From positions 46,910 through 110,909 of the forward strand of contig CAWCUL010000003.1 in NCBI GenBank assembly GCA_963798725.1: 64,000 nucleotides of DNA, read 5' to 3'. Shown here one piece after another: positions 44,699-54,250 of the stretch; the stretch's first letter is position 1, and each line of letters opens with the position of its first letter. The DNA is from an uncultured Actinomycetes bacterium. Lineage in GTDB: Bacteria > Actinomycetota > Thermoleophilia > Gaiellales > Gaiellaceae. The translations under genes and the position numbers were made by a program. The notes under the pieces were generated by a model. It saw nothing but the letters and a program-made list of their open reading frames with translations. It ran no database searches and was not told the DNA's origin.

Positions 44699-47600
44699 CT
44701 AACGGCGGAAGCGCTGCAGACCTAGGAGCGCGACGTCGTCGTGGAGCGCAGCACGGCCGGTGAGGGCCGGCTCGCCGACGAGGGTCGCGAGGAGATGCTC
44801 GAGGAGGTGCTCGACACTTTCTCCGACACGGCCTTCGAGGCTACGCCGAAGCCTCTCGAGTGCATCGTCCAGACCGACCCTGGGACGTTCTACGAGCCCG
44901 TCGGTGTAGAAGATGATCGCGTCGCCGGGCTCGAGCCGGATCTGACCTTCGGCGAATGACGTGTCGGGCCCAACGCCCAGGGGCATGGACTCCCCGCCTC
45001 TCACGAAGCGACTGCGCCCGTTCGCCTCGAGCAGCACGGGCGGTAGATGGCCGGCGATGCAGTATCGAAGATCGCCGCTCGCGGGGTCGAGATCGAACGC
45101 GACGACTGTCGCGAGGAACGACTCGGTCGCCTCGACGAGCGTGTTGATCCGCGAGACGACGGCGGCGGGCGAGAGGCCCTCGAGACTGTGTGCACGCTGA
45201 GCGGTGCGGAGCTGGCCCATCCGCGACGCCGCCAGGACGCCCTTCCCGGCGACGTCGCCGACGCTCCCGCCCAGCCTGCCGTCTGGCCGCTCCACGAGGT
45301 CGTACCAGTCCCCGCCGACGTCGGCCTCGGCGCTCCCGCTGAGATAGCGGACTGCGACCGTGACGTTCTGCGGCACGACGAGTGGGCCCGGCAGGAGCGC
45401 GCGCTGGAGCTCGACCGCGATCCGGTGATCGCGCTCGAAGACCTGGGCGTTGGCGATCGCCTGGGCGCACTGCCTGCCGAGCGTGAGCAGCACCTCGCGC
45501 TCGGCGCCTTCGAGGCGTCGCGGGCCTTCGAAGCTGACGATCAGGACGCCGATCGTCTTTCCGGCGACGCGGAGCGGGACGATGGCCTCGGCTTCGAGAT
45601 GGGGATCGAGAAGGAGCTCCTGTTCCGCGTACGTCGCCTCCATCTCCGCGAGCGACTCGACCCACAGCGGCCGTCCCGTTGCGAAGACCCTGGCGGCGAC
45701 CAGCGGATCGCCGGGGCCGAACCTGCGGTAGAGCGCCTGAAGCTGGTCGCCATAGCCGACCGAGCGAACCGTCTCGAGCGCGTCGTCGCCGGTGGCCAGG
45801 ACGAGCGCGCCGGCCGCACCGTGCAGCTCGGCGACGCCCTGATCGATCACGATCGCGGCGACCTCGTTGACGGTCATCGCACCCCCCAGGAGCTCCGTGA
45901 CGCGTTGCAGCCTGCCGAGGCGGTCCGAGACGACGCGCTCGTTCTCCAGCACTCGCGCGCGGTCGAATGCCTGGGCCGACAGTCGCGCGAATGAGTGCAC
46001 GAGAGCGAGGTCGTCCTCGTCGACCGCATGATCGGCCGGAAAGCTGACGGCGATCGCGCCCTGAGTGACACCGTTCGAGACCAGGGGCGCGATGATCGAC
46101 GGCCGCGCTCCGCGGGGCTCGTCGACGTTCGCAAGCAGAGGGAAGCGCAGCTTGACCTCCGCGGGAGACGCAAATACCAGCGTCTCGGATCGACGGACGG
46201 CCTCGGTGACGGGCACATCCGCGCTCAACGGGATGCTCGCCCAGTGCGCCGTGGTTCGCTCGTCGTAGCCCGCCGACGCGACGAGGTTCAGCTCCTCCCC
46301 GGCCACGAGGTAGGCGAGTATCGCGTCGGCTCGGACCGCCGCCAGCCCGTCGTCGACCACTGCCGCGCCCACCTCGTCTGGCGTGGCCGCGGCCGAGAAG
46401 GCGGCGGTGACGGCCTGCAACCTCCGGGCGACGTCCCGCGCCCGTGCCGTCGCGTCGAGCAGCCGGGCGCGCTCGAGCGCCTGGGTACACAGCGTGATGA
46501 TGGCCTCCGTGAAGGCCCGGTCGTCGGGGTTGAACGCCCGCGATTCGTCGAAGAACGCGACGAGGAAGCCGCGCCCCGATCCCACCGGGAGCGGAAGTGC
46601 ACACAACGACCTCCAGGACGTGTTGGCGAAGACGTCGGCCAGGAGCGGAAACCGTTTCTCGGCCTCTTCCCGGTCCGGCAACCAGACCGCCACCCCGGTT
46701 CGCGCGGCCTGGGGCCCAGGGAGATCGGAATCAAGGGGTACCGTCGTCCACCGGTTGGAGGCATCGTTGGCCGCGTATCCGGCGGTCACCCGGCGCATGA
46801 CCGATTCGCCATCCGGATACGCGATCGAACCGCCGGACGCTCCGATGATCGCGAGACCGTCCTCGATCGCGACCTTGAGGACCTCCTCCGCGGTCGCCGC
46901 GGCCGAGAGCCGGGCGGTGACCTCCTGGAGCGCTTCGGTACGGCGTGCCGACCGGCGCTCGGCTTCCAGGAGGCGCAGCCGCTCGAGGCCGAGGCCGGTC
47001 CGTCGGCCGAGCGCCTCTGCGAGCGCTATGTCCTGTATGTCGAAGCCAAGGGACTTCGCACGCCCGAGGATGAGCAGTGCGATGACTCCTTGCCCCTCGG
47101 ATGTCACCGGGACGATGAGCTCTTCCCCGACCTCCTGAAGCGGAACACGCGTCGTCGACGCGGACCGGATCGCAGCCGAACGAAGGTCGAGCTCGTTGCC
47201 GCTGGCCGTGTGGTGCTCGTGCACGGCGCGGATCAACGGGGCGAGCTCCGGGTCGCGGTGAGCGACCGCGAGGATCGCCGTCGGAGCGCCGCCGGCCACC
47301 TCCTGCACGAGGCACCAGTCCACGACCGCCGACGCCGTGAGCTCACAGAGCCGCTGTAGCGCGACGTCTGCCGAGGTACGAGTGAGCAGCACCTGCGACG
47401 CCCGGGCGACGAAGAGCTCCGTGTCCTCCCTCCGGCGCCGCTCCGTGATGTCCCGCGTTACGCCGACGAGCCGTCCGCCGTCTCCCGGAACGACCTCCGC
47501 GCGCGTCCAGAGCCAACGCAGCGCACCGTCGGGGAAGACGACCCGGAAGTCGAGCTCGTAGCCCACTCCATCCGAACGTGCTCGCCGCACCGCACGATCG

Positions 47601-47878
47601 AGCGATGGCCAGTCGTCGGCATGGACCAGCTCGCGAAAGTCGTCGTAGCCAACCGGCGCCCACCCGCGCGGCCTGCCGTGGAGGGGCCCCAGGCCCGGTG
47701 ACCACGCGATCGTATCCGTCGCAAAGTTCCACTCCCACTCCCCGGTCTGCGTCAGGTCGAGCAGCGCATCGAGACGCTCGCCTGTCTCCCGAGACACGAA
47801 GGCCGCGTCGGCGCTCGGTCTGGTCGGAGGTCTCTCGGGCTGGCGCACCGGGTCGTCACGCGCTGCGGACTGGCTCAT
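44699..47878 (-). CDS. PAS + 4 GAF + SpoIIE/PP2C serine phosphatase (RsbU/RsbP-like)
   Basis: PAS (GEWEWNF...VHADD), repeated GAF units, VGGDWYD, VGDVAGKG, AGHLPP, YTDGLVE, DDVALL. Confidence 0.9.
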   Translation of the reverse strand: MSQSAARDDPVRQPERPPTRPSADAAFVSRETGERLDALLDLTQTGEWEWNFATDTIAWSPGLGPLHGRPRGWAPVGYDDFRELVHADDWPSLDRAVRRARSDGVGYELDFRVVFPDGALRWLWTRAEVVPGDGGRLVGVTRDITERRRREDTELFVARASQVLLTRTSADVALQRLCELTASAVVDWCLVQEVAGGAPTAILAVAHRDPELAPLIRAVHEHHTASGNELDLRSAAIRSASTTRVPLQEVGEELIVPVTSEGQGVIALLILGRAKSLGFDIQDIALAEALGRRTGLGLERLRLLEAERRSARRTEALQEVTARLSAAATAEEVLKVAIEDGLAIIGASGGSIAYPDGESVMRRVTAGYAANDASNRWTTVPLDSDLPGPQAARTGVAVWLPDREEAEKRFPLLADVFANTSWRSLCALPLPVGSGRGFLVAFFDESRAFNPDDRAFTEAIITLCTQALERARLLDATARARDVARRLQAVTAAFSAAATPDEVGAAVVDDGLAAVRADAILAYLVAGEELNLVASAGYDERTTAHWASIPLSADVPVTEAVRRSETLVFASPAEVKLRFPLLANVDEPRGARPSIIAPLVSNGVTQGAIAVSFPADHAVDEDDLALVHSFARLSAQAFDRARVLENERVVSDRLGRLQRVTELLGGAMTVNEVAAIVIDQGVAELHGAAGALVLATGDDALETVRSVGYGDQLQALYRRFGPGDPLVAARVFATGRPLWVESLAEMEATYAEQELLLDPHLEAEAIVPLRVAGKTIGVLIVSFEGPRRLEGAEREVLLTLGRQCAQAIANAQVFERDHRIAVELQRALLPGPLVVPQNVTVAVRYLSGSAEADVGGDWYDLVERPDGRLGGSVGDVAGKGVLAASRMGQLRTAQRAHSLEGLSPAAVVSRINTLVEATESFLATVVAFDLDPASGDLRYCIAGHLPPVLLEANGRSRFVRGGESMPLGVGPDTSFAEGQIRLEPGDAIIFYTDGLVERPRVGLDDALERLRRSLEGRVGESVEHLLEHLLATLVGEPALTGRAALHDDVALLGLQRFRR

Positions 47879-47975
47879 CTGCACCAGTGTGGCGGATGGG
47901 TCCGTCCACTGCCAACTCGAAGGACCGGACGCGACAGAGGAGAAGCGCACCAACTGAAGCAGCTCTGCTTCGGGC

Positions 47976-48650
47976 CTACCGACGACCTCCACCGGAGCGG
48001 GGGGCAGGGCTCGGGCGCTCGTCCCGCTCCTGGCCCCCGCCGAGCAGAAGGCTGCGCGCCGCCTCCTGGAGCGTGGCCGTCAGCCGCCGGTCGGAGAGAC
48101 CGGCTTCGCGGAGCTCGCGAAACGTCTCGTAGCTCGTCAGCACCAGCAGCATGTCGACCGCACCGCGGCGATTCATGCCGACACGAAGTCGGCCGCGACG
48201 CGAGAGATTGTGCGCAAGCCGCTCGAGCTCGTTTCGTCGATCGCCGCGCTGGCGCTCGACGAGCTCTCGGGCGGCCGGGTCGATCGCCGTGACCCCGTAC
48301 AGCTGCTCGAGGATCGGGTCCTCCGATGACCAGAACCCCACCGCGCTCGCGATCGTCTCGGCGAGGGCGTCATCGGCGTCGGGGAGCTCGACGGCCTCCC
48401 GGAGCCTCAGCAGGGTCGGGTTCGCGTCGAACGTGTCGCAGATCGCGTCGACGAGCTCCAGGCGAGAGCCGAAGTGCTGGTAGAGCGTGGCCCGGGCAAT
48501 ACCGGCGCGGTCGGCCACCTCCTCGACGGTCGACTGATGGAACGCACCCTCGGCGAGCAGCGAGCGAACCGCCGCGACGATCCGACCGCGTGTCTCGTCG
48601 GAGCGCTTCGAACGGGTGCGGGCGCGGTAGGACGAAGGGCTCATAGACAT
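47976..48650 (-). CDS. TetR/AcrR family transcriptional regulator
   Basis: STVEEVADRAGIARATLYQHFGSRLEL; start 48650 or 48644. Confidence 0.92.
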   Translation of the reverse strand: MSMSPSSYRARTRSKRSDETRGRIVAAVRSLLAEGAFHQSTVEEVADRAGIARATLYQHFGSRLELVDAICDTFDANPTLLRLREAVELPDADDALAETIASAVGFWSSEDPILEQLYGVTAIDPAARELVERQRGDRRNELERLAHNLSRRGRLRVGMNRRGAVDMLLVLTSYETFRELREAGLSDRRLTATLQEAARSLLLGGGQERDERPSPAPRSGGGRR

Positions 48651-48653
48651 GGA

Positions 48654-48718
48654 GTCTAGACATCATGTCCGGAATATGCTAGAACCCGGCCATGTCTAGA
48701 CACACTGTCTAGACATGG
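48654..48718. promoter_or_regulatory. TetR operator region: three GTCTAGAC palindromes, two forming a 13-bp perfect inverted repeat
   Basis: CCATGTCTAGACA-CAC-TGTCTAGACATGG at 48690-48718; GTCTAGAC at 48654-48661. Confidence 0.8.
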
Positions 48719-48745
48719 TGTCTTGCCACACGAGAGGAGAGTCCG

Positions 48746-49111
48746 ATGCCGAAGGCACGCAAGGAGACCGCTTCGAAGGTCGAGGACGTCGGCGTGATGG
48801 AGGGCCGCTACGAGGAGCTCGGCGGCTATACGGTCGGGTTCGAGTCGTTTCGCGAGGACGTCGATGCGACCCCGCTGTTCAGAGGGCTTCCGGACGACCG
48901 CTGCCAGAGCCCCCACTGGGGCTACGTCATGAAAGGGAACGTCACGTTCCGGTATGCCGACCGTGAGGAGGTCTACGAGGCCGGCGACGCCTACTACGCA
49001 CCGCCCGGACATGTTCCGGTCGTCACCTCGGGCACGGAGATCGTCGAGTTCAGCCCCACGGAAGAGTACGAGCGCACGATGGAGGTGATTGCCGCCAACC
49101 TCGCCGCCTGA
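48746..49111 (+). CDS. Cupin-fold protein
   Basis: CQSPHWGYVMKG, AGDAYYAPPGH; RBS GAGAGGAG. Confidence 0.85.
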   Translation: MPKARKETASKVEDVGVMEGRYEELGGYTVGFESFREDVDATPLFRGLPDDRCQSPHWGYVMKGNVTFRYADREEVYEAGDAYYAPPGHVPVVTSGTEIVEFSPTEEYERTMEVIAANLAA

Positions 49112-49291
49112 CCGGGCGCGCGTGACCCGTTGGACGGCGATTGGGAGGAGCGGGTGACGTCTACGATGCGCTGTCGTGACGATCCTGCGATCAGCGTCGG
49201 CTACGGATGAGCGGACGCTGACGCTTTCGCGGCTGTGCGCACGTGCTCTCAGCTGTGAGCATGCCGATTCGACTGGGGCGGTCCGCGGGCG

Positions 49292-52129
49292 GTGAGCACG
49301 CCCCACCGGGGATCGACCGCGCGCGGCGCAGACGAGCTCGGAGCCGAGCCTCACGTCACCCGGAAGCCCGACGCCCTGGAGCGCCGACTGGAGCTGCGGC
49401 TGCTCGGCCCGTTCGACGCGCTGCTGGACGGGACGCCGCTCGAGCTCGGTCGCCGGCCGCGCCTGGTCCTCGCGGCCCTCGTCCTTCGACGCGGTCAGCG
49501 GGCGTCGACGAGCTCGCTCATCGAATCGGTCTGGGACGACCGCCCGCCCGCCTCCGCGAAGAGCGTCCTGCACGTGTATCTGTCGCAGCTGCGTCGCGCC
49601 CTGCCCGCCGGCCGGCTCGTCACCGAACACGGGGGCTACAGGCTCGTGGTGCAGGCGAGCGAGCTGGACGCGGGACAGTTCGAGCAGCTCTTCGCGGACG
49701 GTCGTCGAGCTCTTGCCGACGGGGCCGTGAGCCGAGCGGCGTCACGCTTCTCGGAGGCGCTCGATCTGTGGCGCGGCGACGCTCTCGAAGATCTCTGCGA
49801 GGAGCCGTTTGCGCGCGATGAGGCGCTCCGGCTGGACGAGCTCCGGCTCGCGTGCCTCGAGGGCCGCTTCGACTCCGATCTCCTGCTCGGCCGTCACGGC
49901 GAGATCGTGCCCGACCTCGAGGGGCTGGTCTCTCGACACCCCCTGCGCGAGCACCTCAGGGGACAGCTGATGATCGCGCTCTACCGTGACGGGAGGCAGG
50001 CCGAGGCGTTGGCCAGCTATCGCGAGGGCCGAGCGGCGCTCGTCTCCGAGCTCGGCCTCGAGCCGGGCACGGAATTGCGGGAGCTCGAACGGCGGATCCT
50101 CGAGCACGACCAGGCGCTCGCCGGCCCGCCGCAACTCGCCGCGCCCCCGCCCCGTGTGCCGATGCCCCAGACGCAGACGATCGGACGAGATACGGAGCTG
50201 GCCGAGCTCGGGACGCTCCTCGCGGACCCTCGTACGAGACTCGTCACGCTGATCGGCCCGGGCGGCGTGGGGAAGACCCGGCTCGCGACCGAGCTGGCGG
50301 TCGCCCTCGGCGACGAGCTCGCGGACGGTGCGGCTCTCGTGGATCTGGCGCCGATCACCGACTCGCACCAACTGCTTCCGACGATCGGGCGTGCGCTCGG
50401 GCTGCGGGAGGGCGACTCGACGGGGTGGCCCGAGCTCCTCGGAGAGCATCTCGGGGACCGCGAGCTCTTGCTCGTCCTCGACAACCTCGAGCACCTCCTC
50501 GACGGCACCGTAGAGCTCCCGCCTCTTCTCGACGTCGCTCCCCGGCTGACCGTGCTCGCGACGAGCAGGCGGCGGCTTCGCCTCTCCGCCGAGCACGTCG
50601 TCGAGGTGCGACCGCTCGATGCCTCCTCGGCGCGCGAGCTCCTGGCGAGCCGGGTCGCCGCGGCCGGCGTGACGGTGGACGCTGACGAGCGGGTCCTAAC
50701 GGAGGTCTGTGAGCGCCTCGACGGCATGCCGCTCGCGATCGAGCTCGCCGCGCCCTGGTTTCGGACACGGTCTCCGACCGAGCTCCTGAGCACGCTCGAA
50801 GCGCGTCTCGATCACCTGGGCGACGGCCCTCGCGATGCACCGGATCGCCAGCGCACCATGCGCTCGGCGATCGACTGGGGCTTCGACCTGCTCGATCCGG
50901 CGTCGCAACATCTTCTCGGCCGCCTGTCCCTCTTCAGACGCGAGTTCACGGCATCGGCCGCGCTCCGGGTGGGCGGCCCGGAAGCGACGGCGGCTGCGCT
51001 CGAGCAGCTGGTCGAGTCCAGTATCGTCCAGCACTCGGGCGAGAGCTTCAGCCTGCTCGAGATCGTCCGTGAGTACGCGCAGGCCCTCCCGTCGGCCGAC
51101 CGCGAGGGCCGCGACCTGCATGCGTCCTACTTCCTCGAGCTCGCCGAAGCCGCCGAGCCGGCGCTCATCGGCGCCGACCAGGGCGCGTGGCTCGTGGCCA
51201 TCGAGTCCGTCCACGACGATCTCCGTGCGGCGCTCGACTGGTTCTCGGGCTCACGAGACGCGGCGCTCGAGCTGCGTCTCGCTGCGGCTCTCGGCCGATT
51301 CTGGTACGTCCGCGGTTACCTGAGCGAAGGGCTCGAGCGTCTGGAAGAGAGCGTCGAGCGAGCCTCGGGCGCTCATCCGCAGCTCGCTGCCAACGCACTA
51401 CGCTCGGCGTCCGCTCTTGCGGTGCTGCGGGGCGATTACCCACAGGCGCGAACGCTCGTCGAACGTGCGCTCGAGGCCTACCGCGCGCTCGGCGACGTCC
51501 AGGGCGTCGTCCGGTCGCTGAGCAATCTCGGTGCAATCCTGCACGGGCTCGGCGAGCTCGATGCGGCGGTCGCGACCCTCGACGAGTGCATCTCCACCGC
51601 CCAGTCGCTCGACGAGCCGCGACTGCTCGCGCTCGCGCGAAACAACCGCGGCGACGTGGCGCTCTCGCAAGGGAAGCTCGAGGTGGCACGCGAGGAGTTC
51701 GGCCAGAGCCTCGCCCTCCTTCGCGAGGCCGGTGACGTCGTGAACGTCGCTCGCTCGCTCTACAACCTCGGCGCGGTCGCGCTGGAGCAGGAGCGTTTCG
51801 GCGACGCGCGCGGCCTGCTCGTTGAGGCGCTCGACCTGTCCTGCAGCGTCGACGACAGGGAGGACATCGCGTGGTGCGTGATCGGCCTCGCGGCGGTGGG
51901 CGCGGCGAGCGACAGGCTGCACGACTCCGCAGTCGTGCTCGGGTTCGCCTCGGCCCTGCTCGAGCGGATCAGTGCCACGAGCAAGCCGTTCGAGCGCCGT
52001 CTCTACGAGACCACGTTCGGGCGGCTCGACGCCACCTTCGGCCGGCCGGCCCTCGACGATCTGCTCGCCACCGGCTCGCGCATGCCCGATCTCGACGGCA
52101 TAGCGCTCGCGCGCTCCCTCGGCGCATAG
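49292..52129 (+). CDS. AfsR/SARP-family regulator (wHTH-BTAD-NB-ARC-TPR)
   Basis: LRLLGP, HPLREHLRGQLMIALYR, GPGGVGKT, LLVLDNLEH, DGMPLAIELAA, TPR repeats; start uncertain. Confidence 0.92.
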   Translation: MSTPHRGSTARGADELGAEPHVTRKPDALERRLELRLLGPFDALLDGTPLELGRRPRLVLAALVLRRGQRASTSSLIESVWDDRPPASAKSVLHVYLSQLRRALPAGRLVTEHGGYRLVVQASELDAGQFEQLFADGRRALADGAVSRAASRFSEALDLWRGDALEDLCEEPFARDEALRLDELRLACLEGRFDSDLLLGRHGEIVPDLEGLVSRHPLREHLRGQLMIALYRDGRQAEALASYREGRAALVSELGLEPGTELRELERRILEHDQALAGPPQLAAPPPRVPMPQTQTIGRDTELAELGTLLADPRTRLVTLIGPGGVGKTRLATELAVALGDELADGAALVDLAPITDSHQLLPTIGRALGLREGDSTGWPELLGEHLGDRELLLVLDNLEHLLDGTVELPPLLDVAPRLTVLATSRRRLRLSAEHVVEVRPLDASSARELLASRVAAAGVTVDADERVLTEVCERLDGMPLAIELAAPWFRTRSPTELLSTLEARLDHLGDGPRDAPDRQRTMRSAIDWGFDLLDPASQHLLGRLSLFRREFTASAALRVGGPEATAAALEQLVESSIVQHSGESFSLLEIVREYAQALPSADREGRDLHASYFLELAEAAEPALIGADQGAWLVAIESVHDDLRAALDWFSGSRDAALELRLAAALGRFWYVRGYLSEGLERLEESVERASGAHPQLAANALRSASALAVLRGDYPQARTLVERALEAYRALGDVQGVVRSLSNLGAILHGLGELDAAVATLDECISTAQSLDEPRLLALARNNRGDVALSQGKLEVAREEFGQSLALLREAGDVVNVARSLYNLGAVALEQERFGDARGLLVEALDLSCSVDDREDIAWCVIGLAAVGAASDRLHDSAVVLGFASALLERISATSKPFERRLYETTFGRLDATFGRPALDDLLATGSRMPDLDGIALARSLGA

Positions 52130-52272
52130 CCAGCCCGATCGGCCCGCGGTTCCGTCTGGAGCGGTGAAAGGGACTCTATGGAGATCGTATGGAGGCCGTC
52201 GCGACACTGGAATCCATCGGAGGTCCGGTGCGGGTGGTCCGGCCGGCGAGACGACGATGGGAGGCTTGCGTG

Positions 52273-52971
52273 ATGGAAGAGGAAAAGGTTCCGACAGGCC
52301 CGCGGGAGACCGCCGGCAGGCTCACGCCGACGTGGCGACGGGCATCGGCACTCGTTGCAGTGCTCGCGCTCGCGGCGCTCACGCTCGTCGCGGTCGGCTC
52401 GTCCTCGACGACCAAGGCGTGCGCTTTCTGCGGCAAGAACCTGATCAAGAATCCCGGCGCCGAGGCAGGGCGCGGTCTGACCACGACGGATGTGAGGGGC
52501 ATCGTGCCCGGCTGGACGAACGCCGCCGGCCAGTTCGGGGCCGCCTCCTGGAACGGGTTCGGGGTCGGGTGGTTCTCGGCAAGGTCGAAGGGGCCGAAGG
52601 TCAGAGGGAAGAACTACTTCTTCGGAGGAACCACCCCCGACGCGACGGGGGCGAAAGCGAGCATCGGCACCCAGACGATCAAGCTCCCGGCTGCCGCGGC
52701 CGGCCACAGGGCCACTCTCAGCGGCTGGCTCGGCAACTACAGCTCGAACACCACACAGGTGCGGGCGCAGTTCATGGACGCATCCGGTGCGGCGCTGTCG
52801 GCGGTCAGGATCGGCCCGGATACGACGATCGGCGGCGCGGACATGGCGCTGCGAACCCGGAGCGGCGTCGTGCCGCACGGGGCCAAGTCCGTTCTGGTCT
52901 CCGTCACTTTCACCGACCACGCGAACTACAACCTCGCCGGGGCAGACAGCCTGTCCCTCGTGCTCAGCTGA
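52273..52971 (+). CDS. Secreted/membrane-anchored beta-sandwich (galactose-binding-like) protein
   Basis: Hydrophobic signal; NLIKNPGAEAG; ADSLSLVL end; Thr/Gly-rich beta strands. Confidence 0.6.
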   Translation: MEEEKVPTGPRETAGRLTPTWRRASALVAVLALAALTLVAVGSSSTTKACAFCGKNLIKNPGAEAGRGLTTTDVRGIVPGWTNAAGQFGAASWNGFGVGWFSARSKGPKVRGKNYFFGGTTPDATGAKASIGTQTIKLPAAAAGHRATLSGWLGNYSSNTTQVRAQFMDASGAALSAVRIGPDTTIGGADMALRTRSGVVPHGAKSVLVSVTFTDHANYNLAGADSLSLVLS

Positions 52972-53142
52972 GGCTTGGGGGGGAAAGGGCGGGGTCGCGC
53001 TGCGGCGGCCCCGCCCGCGTCACGGCGGCAAGGAACGCATTGCCGACGCCGGCTCTGCGAGGATTGCGACGGTCGAGTCGATCGACGACGCGATGGGAAA
53101 CCGGATACCTCAGACGCTCGAGCGCGGATTGGCGGGGCCGCG

Positions 53143-54009
53143 GTGAGCATCGACCTGGAGCGGGTCGTCGCGATCGACGTGCATACGCACGCCGAGGTCG
53201 GGCGCACGGGGGAGGATGGCCTCCTGCCCGAGTGGCGCGAGGCCGCCGCCGCGTACTTCGGCGAGAGCAGGGTGCCGACCGCCGACGACGTTGCGGCCTA
53301 CTACCGGGAGCGCAACATGGTCGCCGTTGTCTTCACCGTCGACGCCGAGACCGTGACCGGCCGGCGCGCGGTGCGAAACGAGGAGATCTTCGAGTCGGCC
53401 GCGGCGAACCCCGACGTCCTGATCCCGTTCGCCAGCGTCGACCCCAACAGGGCGAACGCGCTCGAGGAGATCCGACGGCTCGTCCGCGACTACCCGGTGC
53501 GGGGCTTCAAGTTCCACCCGAACGTCCAGGCGTTCTTCCCGAACGACCGCGCGTTCTACCCTCTCTACGAGGCGATTCAGGAGGCCGGGGTGCCGGCGCT
53601 CTTCCACACCGGCCACTCGGGGATCGGCACCGGTCTTCCCGGCGGCGGCGGCATCCGGCTCAAGTACTCGAACCCGATGCACGTCGACGACGTGGCGGTC
53701 GACTTCCCCGAGCTGACGATCGTTCTCGCGCATCCGTCATTCCCGTGGCAGGACGAGGCGATCTCGGTCGCGCTCCACAAGCGCCAGGTCTACATCGACC
53801 TCTCGGGCTGGTCACCGAAATACTTCCCGCCGCAACTCGTCCGCTACGCGAACACGCAGCTCAAGGACCGGGTGCTCTTCGGCTCGGACTTCCCACTCAT
53901 CACACCGGACCGGTGGCTTGCCGATTTCGAGCAGGCGGGGTTCAAGGACGAGGTGAAGCCGCTGATCCTGAAGGAGAACGCGGTCCGGTTGCTCGGGCTC
54001 GGGGACTGA
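53143..54009 (+). CDS. Amidohydrolase_2 family, 4-hydroxyphenyl-beta-ketoacyl-CoA hydrolase-like
   Basis: IDVHTH, GFKFHP, FHTG, AHPSFPWQDEA, IDLSGWSPKYFP, FGSDFP. Confidence 0.88.
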   Translation: MSIDLERVVAIDVHTHAEVGRTGEDGLLPEWREAAAAYFGESRVPTADDVAAYYRERNMVAVVFTVDAETVTGRRAVRNEEIFESAAANPDVLIPFASVDPNRANALEEIRRLVRDYPVRGFKFHPNVQAFFPNDRAFYPLYEAIQEAGVPALFHTGHSGIGTGLPGGGGIRLKYSNPMHVDDVAVDFPELTIVLAHPSFPWQDEAISVALHKRQVYIDLSGWSPKYFPPQLVRYANTQLKDRVLFGSDFPLITPDRWLADFEQAGFKDEVKPLILKENAVRLLGLGD

Positions 54010-54250
54010 CGGCTCGAGGCCGGCCGCGAGCTCGGACCGGTCCGGGCGACCCGCCCAGGAGATCTCGAGAGCGGTGTCGCGGCGCAATCCGGCTTGGGAT
54101 CGCGCGTGATCGGCCGTATTGTGTTTCGAGGGGACCAGCCACCCGTCCCGAGGAGCGCGACATGAGCAGCGTCAACGGCGATTACGACACTGGGCGGCAG
54201 CTTCCACGACGCCGATGCCGAGGGACGCGGCCTGCCGGGGAGGCGCGCTG

